DNA of 62,836 nucleotides, counting the filler, from Chrysochromulina tobinii (lineage: Eukaryota): the NCBI GenBank assembly GCA_001275005.1. It is 6 parts of 6 records of this genome, joined end to end, with 100 filler letters (N's around TTAATTAATTAA, not from the genome) between each part and the next. Parts side by side here need not be neighbours in the genome. Positions count along the whole stretch, not along the records: positions 1 to 18,349 come from JWZX01000540.1; 5 more parts are not named here. One strand, 5' to 3'. This document shows positions 8,946-18,449 of the stretch, in pieces. The stretch's first letter is position 1. Each line of letters begins with the position of its first letter. The position numbers were made by a program, and so were the translations under genes. The notes below the pieces were generated by a model, which worked only from the letters and a program-made list of their open reading frames with translations, had not been told where the DNA came from and did not search any database.

Positions 8946-10859
8946 ATGGGGTGGTGGAAGTCGGACGTGCCCGCGACGCGCATAAACCCGAGGTCGAACA
9001 ATGACGACGACGCGGAGACAATTCTGGTCGCCTTGCTCATGCTGCTACTGGTGCGTGAGCTGCGCTACTGCGGCTGGCGGCGAGAGGCCTTCATTCTCTT
9101 CCTCGTCGTCATGCTGTGCGCTCTGCTCGGCCGCCGTGGACTTGGCACGGGCTTGCAGGCAGCCCGGCAGCCGTCGCGCCGAAACCGCTGCCAGCTACGC
9201 GAAGGCGCAAGCGACAGCCTCACCTTGGGCTGCTGCATGCCCGCGATCATCGTCGCTTCGCTCATGGTCGTACGGCTGCGTGCTGGCGTGCCACTTGGGC
9301 CACTGCGTGCCTACCTGTGGGCAGCGCTCGCGTGCGCCATGCAGCCACCCTTCGCCATGTGGTGCGAGGGCTCGCCGCTACCCTCTGGCGTACGCGCTCA
9401 CCTGGATGGCTTTGCGCTCGGCGTCGTACTCACGCTCGTGGCGGTGCGCAGCCTGACGACGGGTGTTGCGGTGGGCGTCGTGCTGGCTGTGCACGCGGCC
9501 ACATTGCATGCGGCGCTCTGGGGCACGGTGGCCTCGTTCACGATCGGCGAGGCCGCAACGCTCGCACAGGGCGTTGCCCTGTTGACCATCGATGCCGCCA
9601 TCGTCTCCCTCTGCGAAGTGAAGCGTCTAGGAGGCGGCGGCGGTGGCGGCGGCAGCGCTGCGGGTGGCTCGGGCAGCGCTGCTGGTGTGGACCCGGCGGT
9701 CGCGCCGGCACCGTCTCCAGCGCACCATGTGCTCGGACTGCTGCTCACCGACGAATGGTGTCCTCCGCGCCCAACCGTCGCCGTCGGTGCCGAGGCCCTG
9801 TTGCTGGGTGGCATGAGCCTCGCAGCCATTCTCGGCACCCTTCTCTCCTTCGGACCGGCCCGCCGGCTGGCGCCGAGCACGCGGAGCGCGGTGTTTGTGG
9901 GGCTCATTGGTGCGGCGCTGGGCGGCGTGCTGCTGCCGTGGCTCTCGCTGCTAGTACGCCAGGATGGGTTGCTCTGGCTCCTATCACAGGCCAGCCAGCC
10001 AGACCACCTGTGGCTCTTGACCTATTGGGCTGCGGCGCTCCTCCTCGGGGTCCACGTGGCGGCTTGGCTCACGCCGGCGGCGCTGCCCGCGCCGGCGACT
10101 ACCGACGACGCGACGGCGCAGGCAGCCCGTCGGCAGCATCGAAAGCAGCTGCTTCTCGCACGGAAGGCGTACCACTTCCTTGCTGTGGCCATGTTTGCAC
10201 CGGCGGTTTTGTACCATCGACCCTTCGTGCAACTAGCCTTTTGTGCCGCCCTGCCGCTCTTTGCCCTGCTCGAGGTGGTACGGCTGCTCGAGCTGCCACC
10301 ACTGGCCGCGCCTCTCACGGCCTTCCTTGGCCGCTTTCTCGACACCCGCGACGGCGGCACGCTCATCCTCACACATACGTATCTACTGTTGGGCTGTGCA
10401 CTCCCCACTCTGCTCCCGATGCCAACGGCCACCTTCAGCGCCGCCGCTGTGGTCGCCGCGGGCGCACCCGCCGCCGCGGGCGCGCGTGCCGCGCTTGCGG
10501 CGGCGCCTCATGCGGGGCTTCTGGTGCTTGGGATAGGTGACGCGACCGCCGCGGCCGTAGGCGTGCACTTTGGACGCACGCGCTGGCCCAGGACCTCAAA
10601 GTCGCTCGAGGGCACCGGCGCTGCCGTCCTCGCCATGCTGGCGCTCCTCGGTGTGCTCCTCCCGCTCAGCGGCGGCGACGGCGTGCCGTGCGGCTGGTCG
10701 CAGTGGCTCGCGCTAGCAGTGTGCTCATTACTTGCATGCGTGCTCGAGGCGATCACGACACAGATCGACAACCTCTTCCTGCCACTCTTCTACCATGCGA
10801 CGCTGTGCCTGGCGGCCGCGCGAGAGCTCGGCAGCTTCGCGGGGGTGGGTGGTGTGTAG
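8946..10859 (+). CDS. DOLK: Dolichol kinase (SEC59/DOLK)
   Basis: ARKAYHFLA, FLDTRDGG.LILTHTYLLLGCALP, GIGDATAAAVG, KSLEG, TTQIDNLFLP; many TM helices. Confidence 0.92.
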   Translation: MGWWKSDVPATRINPRSNNDDDAETILVALLMLLLVRELRYCGWRREAFILFLVVMLCALLGRRGLGTGLQAARQPSRRNRCQLREGASDSLTLGCCMPAIIVASLMVVRLRAGVPLGPLRAYLWAALACAMQPPFAMWCEGSPLPSGVRAHLDGFALGVVLTLVAVRSLTTGVAVGVVLAVHAATLHAALWGTVASFTIGEAATLAQGVALLTIDAAIVSLCEVKRLGGGGGGGGSAAGGSGSAAGVDPAVAPAPSPAHHVLGLLLTDEWCPPRPTVAVGAEALLLGGMSLAAILGTLLSFGPARRLAPSTRSAVFVGLIGAALGGVLLPWLSLLVRQDGLLWLLSQASQPDHLWLLTYWAAALLLGVHVAAWLTPAALPAPATTDDATAQAARRQHRKQLLLARKAYHFLAVAMFAPAVLYHRPFVQLAFCAALPLFALLEVVRLLELPPLAAPLTAFLGRFLDTRDGGTLILTHTYLLLGCALPTLLPMPTATFSAAAVVAAGAPAAAGARAALAAAPHAGLLVLGIGDATAAAVGVHFGRTRWPRTSKSLEGTGAAVLAMLALLGVLLPLSGGDGVPCGWSQWLALAVCSLLACVLEAITTQIDNLFLPLFYHATLCLAAARELGSFAGVGGV

Positions 10860-11254
10860 ATAGAGTGTAGGCCGTGTCACACCGGATCCTGAAGTTGCGC
10901 ATTGCGCGCCTCGCCAGACGCCACATGCGTGTCGTCAACTCCAATTGTTCAACTCGTTGTTCAGACTCAACTCCATCTGCTCGCAGTGACCGCTCGGCTT
11001 CTTGGCGACCGCGGGGACGCGGCGTTGCGGATTCCGGTATCCGGATATCGAGAGCGCGACGTGTCACACGTGGAGTGTCAGACCCCTGAAAGTGCGGGGC
11101 GGAAAGGACGTCGAAGTTTCTTAGAAGTTTCGTCACTGACCTCGCAGGGTTTCGTCATATCCTAATAACTCCTAATTAGACTTACATGGGGTTTCGTCAC
11201 TAGGGCGAACGGGATGTAAATCTCATGGTAAATCTCCGAACAACGTCATGGCAG

Positions 11255-13270
11255 TCAACTGTCTACTCCCCTCCTTTTTGCGTTGGCTGTCGGGCATCTA
11301 TACGATGGCACTTGCAGAAGACGAGCCGCACGATCGCTGCCAGCCGATGCGAGCATGGCAAGTTGCTCAGAGGTCCAGCGCACGAACACAGCGCAATGAA
11401 CCGTATAGCGCACAACGCGCGAACCCCTTTCTTTTGACAGCCGCTCGAGTGCCCTGGCTTGTGGACGAGGCACCGCCTCCTCGTACATGATACCCGGAAC
11501 CCGCTCGTGCACGAAGACAAAGACTTCCGGCGCCGCTGATGAGGCGTTGCTGAACACCGCCGCGATTGGCTGGTGCTCAGCTCGCACTCCGTGCACTGCG
11601 CAGCGCAACAGCGGTGTGACGCCACTCCAAGTGCGCCCGTCGACGGACAGGGAGACCCCGATGCAGCCTCGCGCGTGCTGCACAAGTGGGTAGAGGGCAA
11701 TCAGCGAGCCGGGCTGGGTGGGATTCCCTTGAACGAGGAAAAAGTACAGGTCGCCGTCGGAATCGCTGTGCGTTGTGTGCCGTTGTAGTGCAATTCTTTC
11801 AAACGGCGTCCAGTTGATCATATCGGTTGAGGTGCTGACTTGGACGGAACGGCGGCCACGTGATGCAGCATTGGACCGTGCATACAGCAAGAAGCGGCCA
11901 TCGAGCCACGCAAGGCTCAGACGTCCATCAAACTCGCACACACCTGGACCGGCGAGATAGGGGAACTCTTTCTGCTGGCGCGCCTCGATGCAGCCAGGGT
12001 GCCGTCCGTCCATCATGTGACGCAGCTGCGTCCACTGCATAGGCGTCGCAATCTTTAGAGGCTCCCAGACGCCCCGACCGCGGTACACTGGCGTCAAGTC
12101 GGTCTGGTTCCGTTCGCTCCACCGCCATGACGTACCCCGCGCTGTCCACAAACCATCATGATACGTCACCGGCTTCTTGTGTCGACCACCAACGAGAAAG
12201 TACTCATTCCCATGAGAAAGGATGGCGTAGTTGTGCGTCAGTGTCGCCGACTTATTAAGCCCCCAAAGGTCAAATTTGTAGCGTTTGCGCTCGCGCTTGT
12301 TGTCCAGCGAAGATGGGAACGCAGGCATAACGAGACTCGGCAGGCCTCGAAAGCTGCGCCCACCATCCAAGGACTGAAGGCCACCGATCCACGTCTCGGC
12401 GACCTCATTCTTGAAGAGCAAGCATAATGCAACGCTCGGACCTGATCTGCAGGGTATGATCGAATAATAACGAGCATGTTCCCTTATCTGTGCCTTGGTG
12501 AATTCGTTGTCAAAGTAGACCTCTCTCTTGCTGTGCAAGATTCTGGTGCGACGGTGCAAGCGCTTTGCGACTTTGATCAAAGGTGCTTGTGAAGAGCAGG
12601 ACGACGAGGTATTCAGCCACGCCGAACACCAACGCTGCTCTTGCGTGCTATTGATATGCCGGACATGACAGTGGTGATCTTGCAGGGTCTGCTGTTTAAC
12701 AAGCCGTAGCCACACATCGTCGAACCAGCATGTTTCGTTGAACATGTTCCACGCCACTGCAGTGTAGCGGGTCGTGCGCTGGCACAAAGTGCTCCCATGG
12801 AATAGTACCAAAGGCTGTCGCCTGTCGCTTAGGATACCAAAAAGTCGGCTCAGATCGAACTGCACTGCCATGCGGGCTTCTGGCGTCGATGCATCCATAT
12901 TTACAATGAGTGCGTGGCACTCAAGCTGCAAGCGATGCGTCAGAGACGCAATAGAGCCGTTGAGCTCAAAGCTCTTCCAGTTATCCACTCTCAGTGGGAC
13001 AGGATGGATCACGCGACCCACGGCGATGCAATAAAATTGCGATTGGTGTGGGCGCTGACCCCCCACCAAATCAGAAACATGCGCCAAAAACTGCAACGAG
13101 TGCACCGCACAAAGAGCAAGTGGCGACTCGGGCATGGCGCCAGAAAAGGTCGATGCTAAGCGTGCTGGCCACATGGATTGCGCGTCAACGGCAGCTGATG
13201 CTGAGTGCGTGAGGCAATTGTCAACATTCGAGCCCGTCTTCATCAGGCTAGATGCAGCAGTCACGCGCAC
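11255..13270 (-). CDS. Putative beta-propeller glycoside-hydrolase-like protein with Asp-box motifs; start uncertain
   Basis: Asp-box-like SLDGGRSF, STDMINW and SVDGRTWS; FDGRLSL...FLLYARSN blade motif in the C-terminal half. Confidence 0.55.
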   Translation of the reverse strand: MRVTAASSLMKTGSNVDNCLTHSASAAVDAQSMWPARLASTFSGAMPESPLALCAVHSLQFLAHVSDLVGGQRPHQSQFYCIAVGRVIHPVPLRVDNWKSFELNGSIASLTHRLQLECHALIVNMDASTPEARMAVQFDLSRLFGILSDRRQPLVLFHGSTLCQRTTRYTAVAWNMFNETCWFDDVWLRLVKQQTLQDHHCHVRHINSTQEQRWCSAWLNTSSSCSSQAPLIKVAKRLHRRTRILHSKREVYFDNEFTKAQIREHARYYSIIPCRSGPSVALCLLFKNEVAETWIGGLQSLDGGRSFRGLPSLVMPAFPSSLDNKRERKRYKFDLWGLNKSATLTHNYAILSHGNEYFLVGGRHKKPVTYHDGLWTARGTSWRWSERNQTDLTPVYRGRGVWEPLKIATPMQWTQLRHMMDGRHPGCIEARQQKEFPYLAGPGVCEFDGRLSLAWLDGRFLLYARSNAASRGRRSVQVSTSTDMINWTPFERIALQRHTTHSDSDGDLYFFLVQGNPTQPGSLIALYPLVQHARGCIGVSLSVDGRTWSGVTPLLRCAVHGVRAEHQPIAAVFSNASSAAPEVFVFVHERVPGIMYEEAVPRPQARALERLSKERGSRVVRYTVHCAVFVRWTSEQLAMLASAGSDRAARLLQVPSYRCPTANAKRRGVDS

Positions 13271-14114
13271 TGTGCGGAGTTGCGCCGATTTGATCAGCGC
13301 ACACCGAGGCCGAGACGCGTGAGGTTACCGGTATAGTCACAGAGCTGACGTTTTCTACACGTACTTTACCGGTAACTGACACAAAGTACCGGTAAGTTCG
13401 AACTTCCACCGATTTGGAGCGCGCGCCGCGCCTGGCTCGACACATGACAAAGAAGTGAGAACTGAGAAGAGCTCAAAGACAGAGTTGCGCGGTTAGGGAG
13501 GGTACATAACTTGTTATTGGAGGTATTACGGCGTAATCCCTTTCCCTGAAGCTGAACTCATAACTCCGAATATGTCTTCGCTCTACTATACTTTCGGCGC
13601 ATGTTTCGGCGCCTCCCCGGAACTCCCCGGCGCTCCCGGCCTCGGGGCCTCGGTTGATCGTTCTCGAGCGCGTTCCGCATAGGAGATAGGTTTCAGAGAA
13701 CCGGACGGTCCGAGGGAGGCAGGGACCCCCGATACAACCCAGATCGGATACGATTTAATATATAATAACCGATACAAATACGATCCGGATTTAATCCGGA
13801 TTACTTCATGCTAGTTCATGAAACTTGAGAGCACCTGGGGGCCGCCGCGCCGCGCACACAGTGCTTTTCCAAGTCCCTACTGGTAATATGCCGAATTCCG
13901 TCAAACAGCTGCGTACAAAGACGAGAGCACGATACACCGAATCACCGATCGCGACCCGCGCGCACCCAGACTTGTGCAGCACATCATGTGGGCCTCGCCT
14001 TGATCGAGATGAAGTGTCAGGTACTCGCTCGTAACCTCATGGTGTCGTCCTCCAACTCATGACCCGTCCTCCACCTTTGCATAGCCGGTCCTCGCCGGCC
14101 CTCGCAACTCCTCC

Positions 14115-14948
14115 TCAATAGCCACCCTGTGGAGGGTAGCCACCCTGCTGCGGAGGGTAGCCCTGCTGCGGAGGGTAGCCCTGCTGCGGAGGGTAGCCCT
14201 GCTGCGGAGGGTAGCCCTGCTGCGGAGGGTAGCCCTGCTGCGGTGGCATGCCGGGTGGCATGCCCGGCTGCGGCGGATAGCCGCCCTGCGGCGGGTAGCC
14301 GCCCTGCGGCGGGTAGCCGCCCTGCGGCGGCGCCATCATGCCGCCGCCAGGATAGGCAACCGGCATGCCGCCGGCAACCGGCACGGCGAACGCGACGGGC
14401 GACTGGCCCTTCGTGTACCCGCTCTTGATGTCACGCTGGACCTCGTGGTACACCTGTGCGCCCATGCAGCCGGCCACAGAGAGCGTCACCAGGTCCGCGA
14501 TCAGGTCGAGGATCGCAGCGGCATCGCGGAACTCTTCGGCGAAGATAGCGGCTATGTGGAAGAGGCACGAGAGGATCTGGAGGAAGTTGGCGAACGCGAT
14601 GATCTGCCAGTCGCACGGATCGGGCTGGATCTGCTTCGTATCCATCATGTGCAGGCGAGCCACCGAGAGCGACGTCATCGGGAAGCAGCAGCCCTCGAGG
14701 CACAGACCGAGAGCCGAGCCGGGGCAGCACTCGGCGGGCTGGAGGCAGCAGCAGGGCGGCAAGTAGTTCTGGCAGCAGATGAAGTCCGCTGTGCCGTTGT
14801 GGTAAGTGTCAAGGATCTTCGAGCGCGCCCAGCAGGCCGTGAAGCCAAAGGGCGAGCCGAGGGCCGAGGCGCAGCAGCACAGCGGCTCCTTGCAGCACGC
14901 ATCCTTGAGGCCGAGCGCGAACACATTCGGGTTGTTCGCGTAGGCCAT
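14115..14948 (-). CDS. PLAC8-family Cys-rich protein with a GYPPQ-repeat tail
   Basis: Cys clusters ([23 protein letters not shown]); tail of GYPPQ(Q/G) units at about 14118-14330; ATG at 14948. Confidence 0.8.
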   Translation of the reverse strand: MAYANNPNVFALGLKDACCKEPLCCCASALGSPFGFTACWARSKILDTYHNGTADFICCQNYLPPCCCLQPAECCPGSALGLCLEGCCFPMTSLSVARLHMMDTKQIQPDPCDWQIIAFANFLQILSCLFHIAAIFAEEFRDAAAILDLIADLVTLSVAGCMGAQVYHEVQRDIKSGYTKGQSPVAFAVPVAGGMPVAYPGGGMMAPPQGGYPPQGGYPPQGGYPPQPGMPPGMPPQQGYPPQQGYPPQQGYPPQQGYPPQQGYPPQQGGYPPQGGY

Positions 14949-15387
14949 GAACTGGCTGTACTGGGCGTTCTTCGCCTTGTTTTGTGAGTCAATCTGGTCA
15001 ATGAACAAATGCGAGCGAACACGAATTGTGTCAGAAGGATGCGCACGGTGCCGCACGCGCGGTCGTCGCGAGCACGCGATCTAGAGGCTGTTGCGCAGTA
15101 CGCTCCCCCGCACCACGATCTGATGCTGGGCACGCGGCTGCTCGCGCACCTTCTCGGGCGGCGTGTTAGGGCAGAGGAGGAAGATGCACATCTTGCAAGC
15201 GGGCGGGGGGGAGAAGTTGCTGAGGCCCAAGGAAGCTTCGCGACACAAAGGAAGACGCCAGGCGCTGTAACGGTACAGGACTCGGACCGACCTTGAGACG
15301 GCGGATCGTGCTGTGATTCGGCTGTTCACTGCTGAGTATTCATAATGAACCAGCGAAGGCCGTACGGTAAACCAAGGAAGACACGAA

Positions 15388-16287
15388 ATGGCAGACGAGT
15401 TCGCGTATAAACGCGACAGCAAGCTGCAAGAGCGACTGTCCCGCGAAATCGAGGTGCTTGTAAAGCAACCCGGCAACACAGTATGCGCCGACTGCGACGA
15501 GACGAAGAGGATTCGATTCTGCTCCGTCACGCTTGGCGTGTTCCTTTGCAATCGCTGCTACGGCCAGCACCGGCAGCTCGGGGCACATGTCACCAGAGGC
15601 AAGTGCCTAGGGCTGGACGCATGGAAGCCCGAGGAGATTGAGCTGCTGCGTGCCATTGGGAACACGAAGGCGAACGCACGCTACGAGGCGAATTTACCAC
15701 CGCCACCCTGGAAGCGGCCGACTACCGCATCAACCGAGCGTGAGGTCCTCGCATTCATCAAGGACAAGTACGAGCGGCAGAAGTTTGCTGCGGTGCAATT
15801 TTCTGGCACAGTAGCCTCCATGCCAGCAGCAGTTGCAGCTGCTGCACTACCACCACCCACCGCGCCTCCTCCTGCCCCGTCGCTTGCTGCAGACTTGCTA
15901 GGAGGCTGGGCTAATTTCGACGAGCCAAAGGGCAGCAGCAGCAGCGCAGCCACGCAGCCTGTGGTCGCCGCTGCTGCACCATACGATCTTCTGTCCATGC
16001 TGGACAGCTCAGCGATCAGCACGCGGCCCACCATGCTAGCAGCCCCGTCGCCTCCTATGCCCGCGGCAAACATCGGCGGCACAGGCGGCGGCATGGGTGG
16101 CGACGGCACGGGCGGCGGCATGGGCGGCGGCACGAGCGGCGGCATGGGCGGCGGCACGGGCGGCGGCATGGGCGGCGGCATGGGCGGCATGCCTCCATTC
16201 ATGAATCCGATGAATCCGATGAATCCGATGGGCATGTTTGCCACCCCTCCTCCAGACCCATTTTCGAGCTTTGGGAAAATGTACTAA
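15388..16287 (+). CDS. ArfGAP (SMAP/AGFG-like)
   Basis: PGNTVCADC-x16-CNRC zinc finger, HRQLGAHV, LDAW, GNTKANARYE, FIKDKYE; low-complexity tail. Confidence 0.92.
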   Translation: MADEFAYKRDSKLQERLSREIEVLVKQPGNTVCADCDETKRIRFCSVTLGVFLCNRCYGQHRQLGAHVTRGKCLGLDAWKPEEIELLRAIGNTKANARYEANLPPPPWKRPTTASTEREVLAFIKDKYERQKFAAVQFSGTVASMPAAVAAAALPPPTAPPPAPSLAADLLGGWANFDEPKGSSSSAATQPVVAAAAPYDLLSMLDSSAISTRPTMLAAPSPPMPAANIGGTGGGMGGDGTGGGMGGGTSGGMGGGTGGGMGGGMGGMPPFMNPMNPMNPMGMFATPPPDPFSSFGKMY

Positions 16288-16408
16288 TCCTCGATTGTCC
16301 GGATCCGGGTCCGTGCTGCTGTGTGCCTGAGGGTGACTACGGTAGTGGCGCAAAAGTTCGAGAGAGAATTCACAGGAAAGATTGTATCTCAAGTTTCTCA
16401 ACATCGGC

Positions 16409-18241
16409 ATGCAGACCACCCTGCTATGCAGACACCGTGCGCGGCTGCTTGCGCAGCCCATGGGGTTGCGCCACACGACGACGCTGCTCGGCAGCTTTCT
16501 GCAGCGCGCTCGGCCGCTCTCGAGCTCGAGTGGGACCCCGAGGAAGGGCGGCAACTTCAGATTTCTCGCGCCACTCAATGCCAGAAAGGCCAAGGGCACC
16601 GACATCCTCAACGATCCGTTCTGGAACAAGGGTTCCGCGTTCACGCGCGAAGAGCGCGACCGGCTCAAGCTGCGCGGGCTGCTGCCGTCGGTGTACATGA
16701 CGCTCGAGGAGCAGGTCCACTTCTTCCTCGTGCGGCTGCGCGAAGTCCCGGACCCACTGCAGAAGAGTCTGATGCTCTCGGAGCTCGCCAACCGCAACGC
16801 GACGCTCTTCCACCGCGTGTTGATCGAGGAGATCGAGGAGATCGCGCCGCTCGTGTACACGCCGACGGTCGGCCTAGTGTGCCAGCAGTTTTCGCACAAC
16901 TTCACGCGGCCGCGCGGGCTCACCTTCACGCCCGACGACCGCGGCTCCATGGCCATCATGATGCAAAACTGGTCGCACTCGTCGTGCCAGGTCGCGGTCG
17001 TCACCGACGGCTCGCGCATTCTGGGCCTCGGCGACCTGGGCGCCAACGGCATGGGCATCCCCATCGGCAAGCTCGCATTATACTGTGCGTATGGGGGCAT
17101 CGCGCCGCACCGCACGCTCCCCGTGATGCTCGACTTCGGCACCGACAACGAGTATTACCTGACCGATCCGGACTACAAGGGCTGGCGCGGCCGCCGGCTG
17201 CGCGGCGACGACTACTACTCGCTCCTCGACGAGTTCATGCAGGCCGTCTTTCGGCGCTACCCTTCAATGCTTCTCCAGTTCGAGGACTTTTCGTCGGACA
17301 AGGCGGCTCCCATACTCGACAAGTACCGGAAGCGCTACCTGTGCTTCAATGACGACATCCAGGGCACGGGCGCCACCGTGCTCGCTGGCGTGCTCGGCGC
17401 GCTGCGCATGATCGGCCGTCCGCCCGAGGCGATCAAAGATCTCAAGGTGGCGGTCGTGGGCGCCGGCAGCGCTGGGCTCGGGGTGGCGCAGGCTCTTCAC
17501 ACGGCGATGCTCGAGGCCGGCTGTGTGGACGCGGAGACCGCCTCCAAGAACTTCACCGTCTTCGACGTCAAGGGTCTCCTCGGCAAGGGGCGGAAAGGCC
17601 TCACGGCTGAGGCATTGCCTTTCCAGCGGCACGACCTAGCCGACGGCCTCTCGCTTGAAGAGACCGTCAAGGCGGAGAAGCCGCAACTCATCCTGGGCCT
17701 CTCGGGGCGCAAAGGCACGATCAGCGAGGGCGCGATCCGCGCGATGGCCGCCACGCACGAACGCCCCTTTGTCTTCCCGCTCTCCAACCCGACCTCCCAG
17801 ACCGAGCTCACGCCCGCTCAAGCATACGAATGGACGCAGGGGAAGGCCATCGTAGCCACCGGTTCGCCCTTCGACCCCGTCACGTACGGCGGGCAGACGT
17901 TCTCCCCGTCGCAGTGCAACAACATGTACATCTTCCCTGGCCTCGGTCTGGGCGCGAGCGTGTGCGGCGCCGAGAGCGTGCCAGATTCGATGCTCTACCG
18001 CAGCGCAGTCGCTCTCTCCAAAATGACCTCCGCTGAGGAGCTCGCCGCTGGGCGCGTCTTCCCCTCGGTGACCAACATCCGCGCGTGCGCGTTGCAGGTG
18101 GGCATCTCGGTCGCGGAGCATGCGTACGAGCTCAAGATCGCGCGCAACAACCCCGGCCGCGGTGAGACGGTCGCCCAGTTCGTGACGCGAAAGATGTACT
18201 ATCCCGAGTACGTGCCCATCTTCTCGGAGGTGGGCGAGTGA
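16409..18241 (+). CDS. Malic enzyme, probably mitochondrial NAD-dependent
   Basis: VYTPTVG, VTDGSRILGLGDLGANGMGIPIGK, QFEDF, FNDDIQGT, GAGSAG, FPLSNPT, QCNNMYIFPGLGLG; Arg/Ser-rich presequence. Confidence 0.97.
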   Translation: MQTTLLCRHRARLLAQPMGLRHTTTLLGSFLQRARPLSSSSGTPRKGGNFRFLAPLNARKAKGTDILNDPFWNKGSAFTREERDRLKLRGLLPSVYMTLEEQVHFFLVRLREVPDPLQKSLMLSELANRNATLFHRVLIEEIEEIAPLVYTPTVGLVCQQFSHNFTRPRGLTFTPDDRGSMAIMMQNWSHSSCQVAVVTDGSRILGLGDLGANGMGIPIGKLALYCAYGGIAPHRTLPVMLDFGTDNEYYLTDPDYKGWRGRRLRGDDYYSLLDEFMQAVFRRYPSMLLQFEDFSSDKAAPILDKYRKRYLCFNDDIQGTGATVLAGVLGALRMIGRPPEAIKDLKVAVVGAGSAGLGVAQALHTAMLEAGCVDAETASKNFTVFDVKGLLGKGRKGLTAEALPFQRHDLADGLSLEETVKAEKPQLILGLSGRKGTISEGAIRAMAATHERPFVFPLSNPTSQTELTPAQAYEWTQGKAIVATGSPFDPVTYGGQTFSPSQCNNMYIFPGLGLGASVCGAESVPDSMLYRSAVALSKMTSAEELAAGRVFPSVTNIRACALQVGISVAEHAYELKIARNNPGRGETVAQFVTRKMYYPEYVPIFSEVGE

Positions 18242-18349
18242 TGCGGAGCAGACGCGCCATGAGGCGTGCGTCGTCGACGCATGCCCGGGCGGAGGCATCA
18301 TCTCTGTGAGATCGAACGCATCTCGACCAAGCCGACCCCAGCACGCGTG

Positions 18350-18449
18350 NNNNNNNNNNNNNNNNNNNNNNNNNNNNNNNNNNNNNNNNNNNNTTAATTA
18401 ATTAANNNNNNNNNNNNNNNNNNNNNNNNNNNNNNNNNNNNNNNNNNNN
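18350..18449. other. Artificial contig spacer
   Basis: N44-TTAATTAATTAA-N44, with stops in all six frames. Confidence 0.99.

Noticed and set aside
14118..14330. 15-18-bp tandem repeats
   Set aside because: Ordinary coding GYPPQ low-complexity tail.
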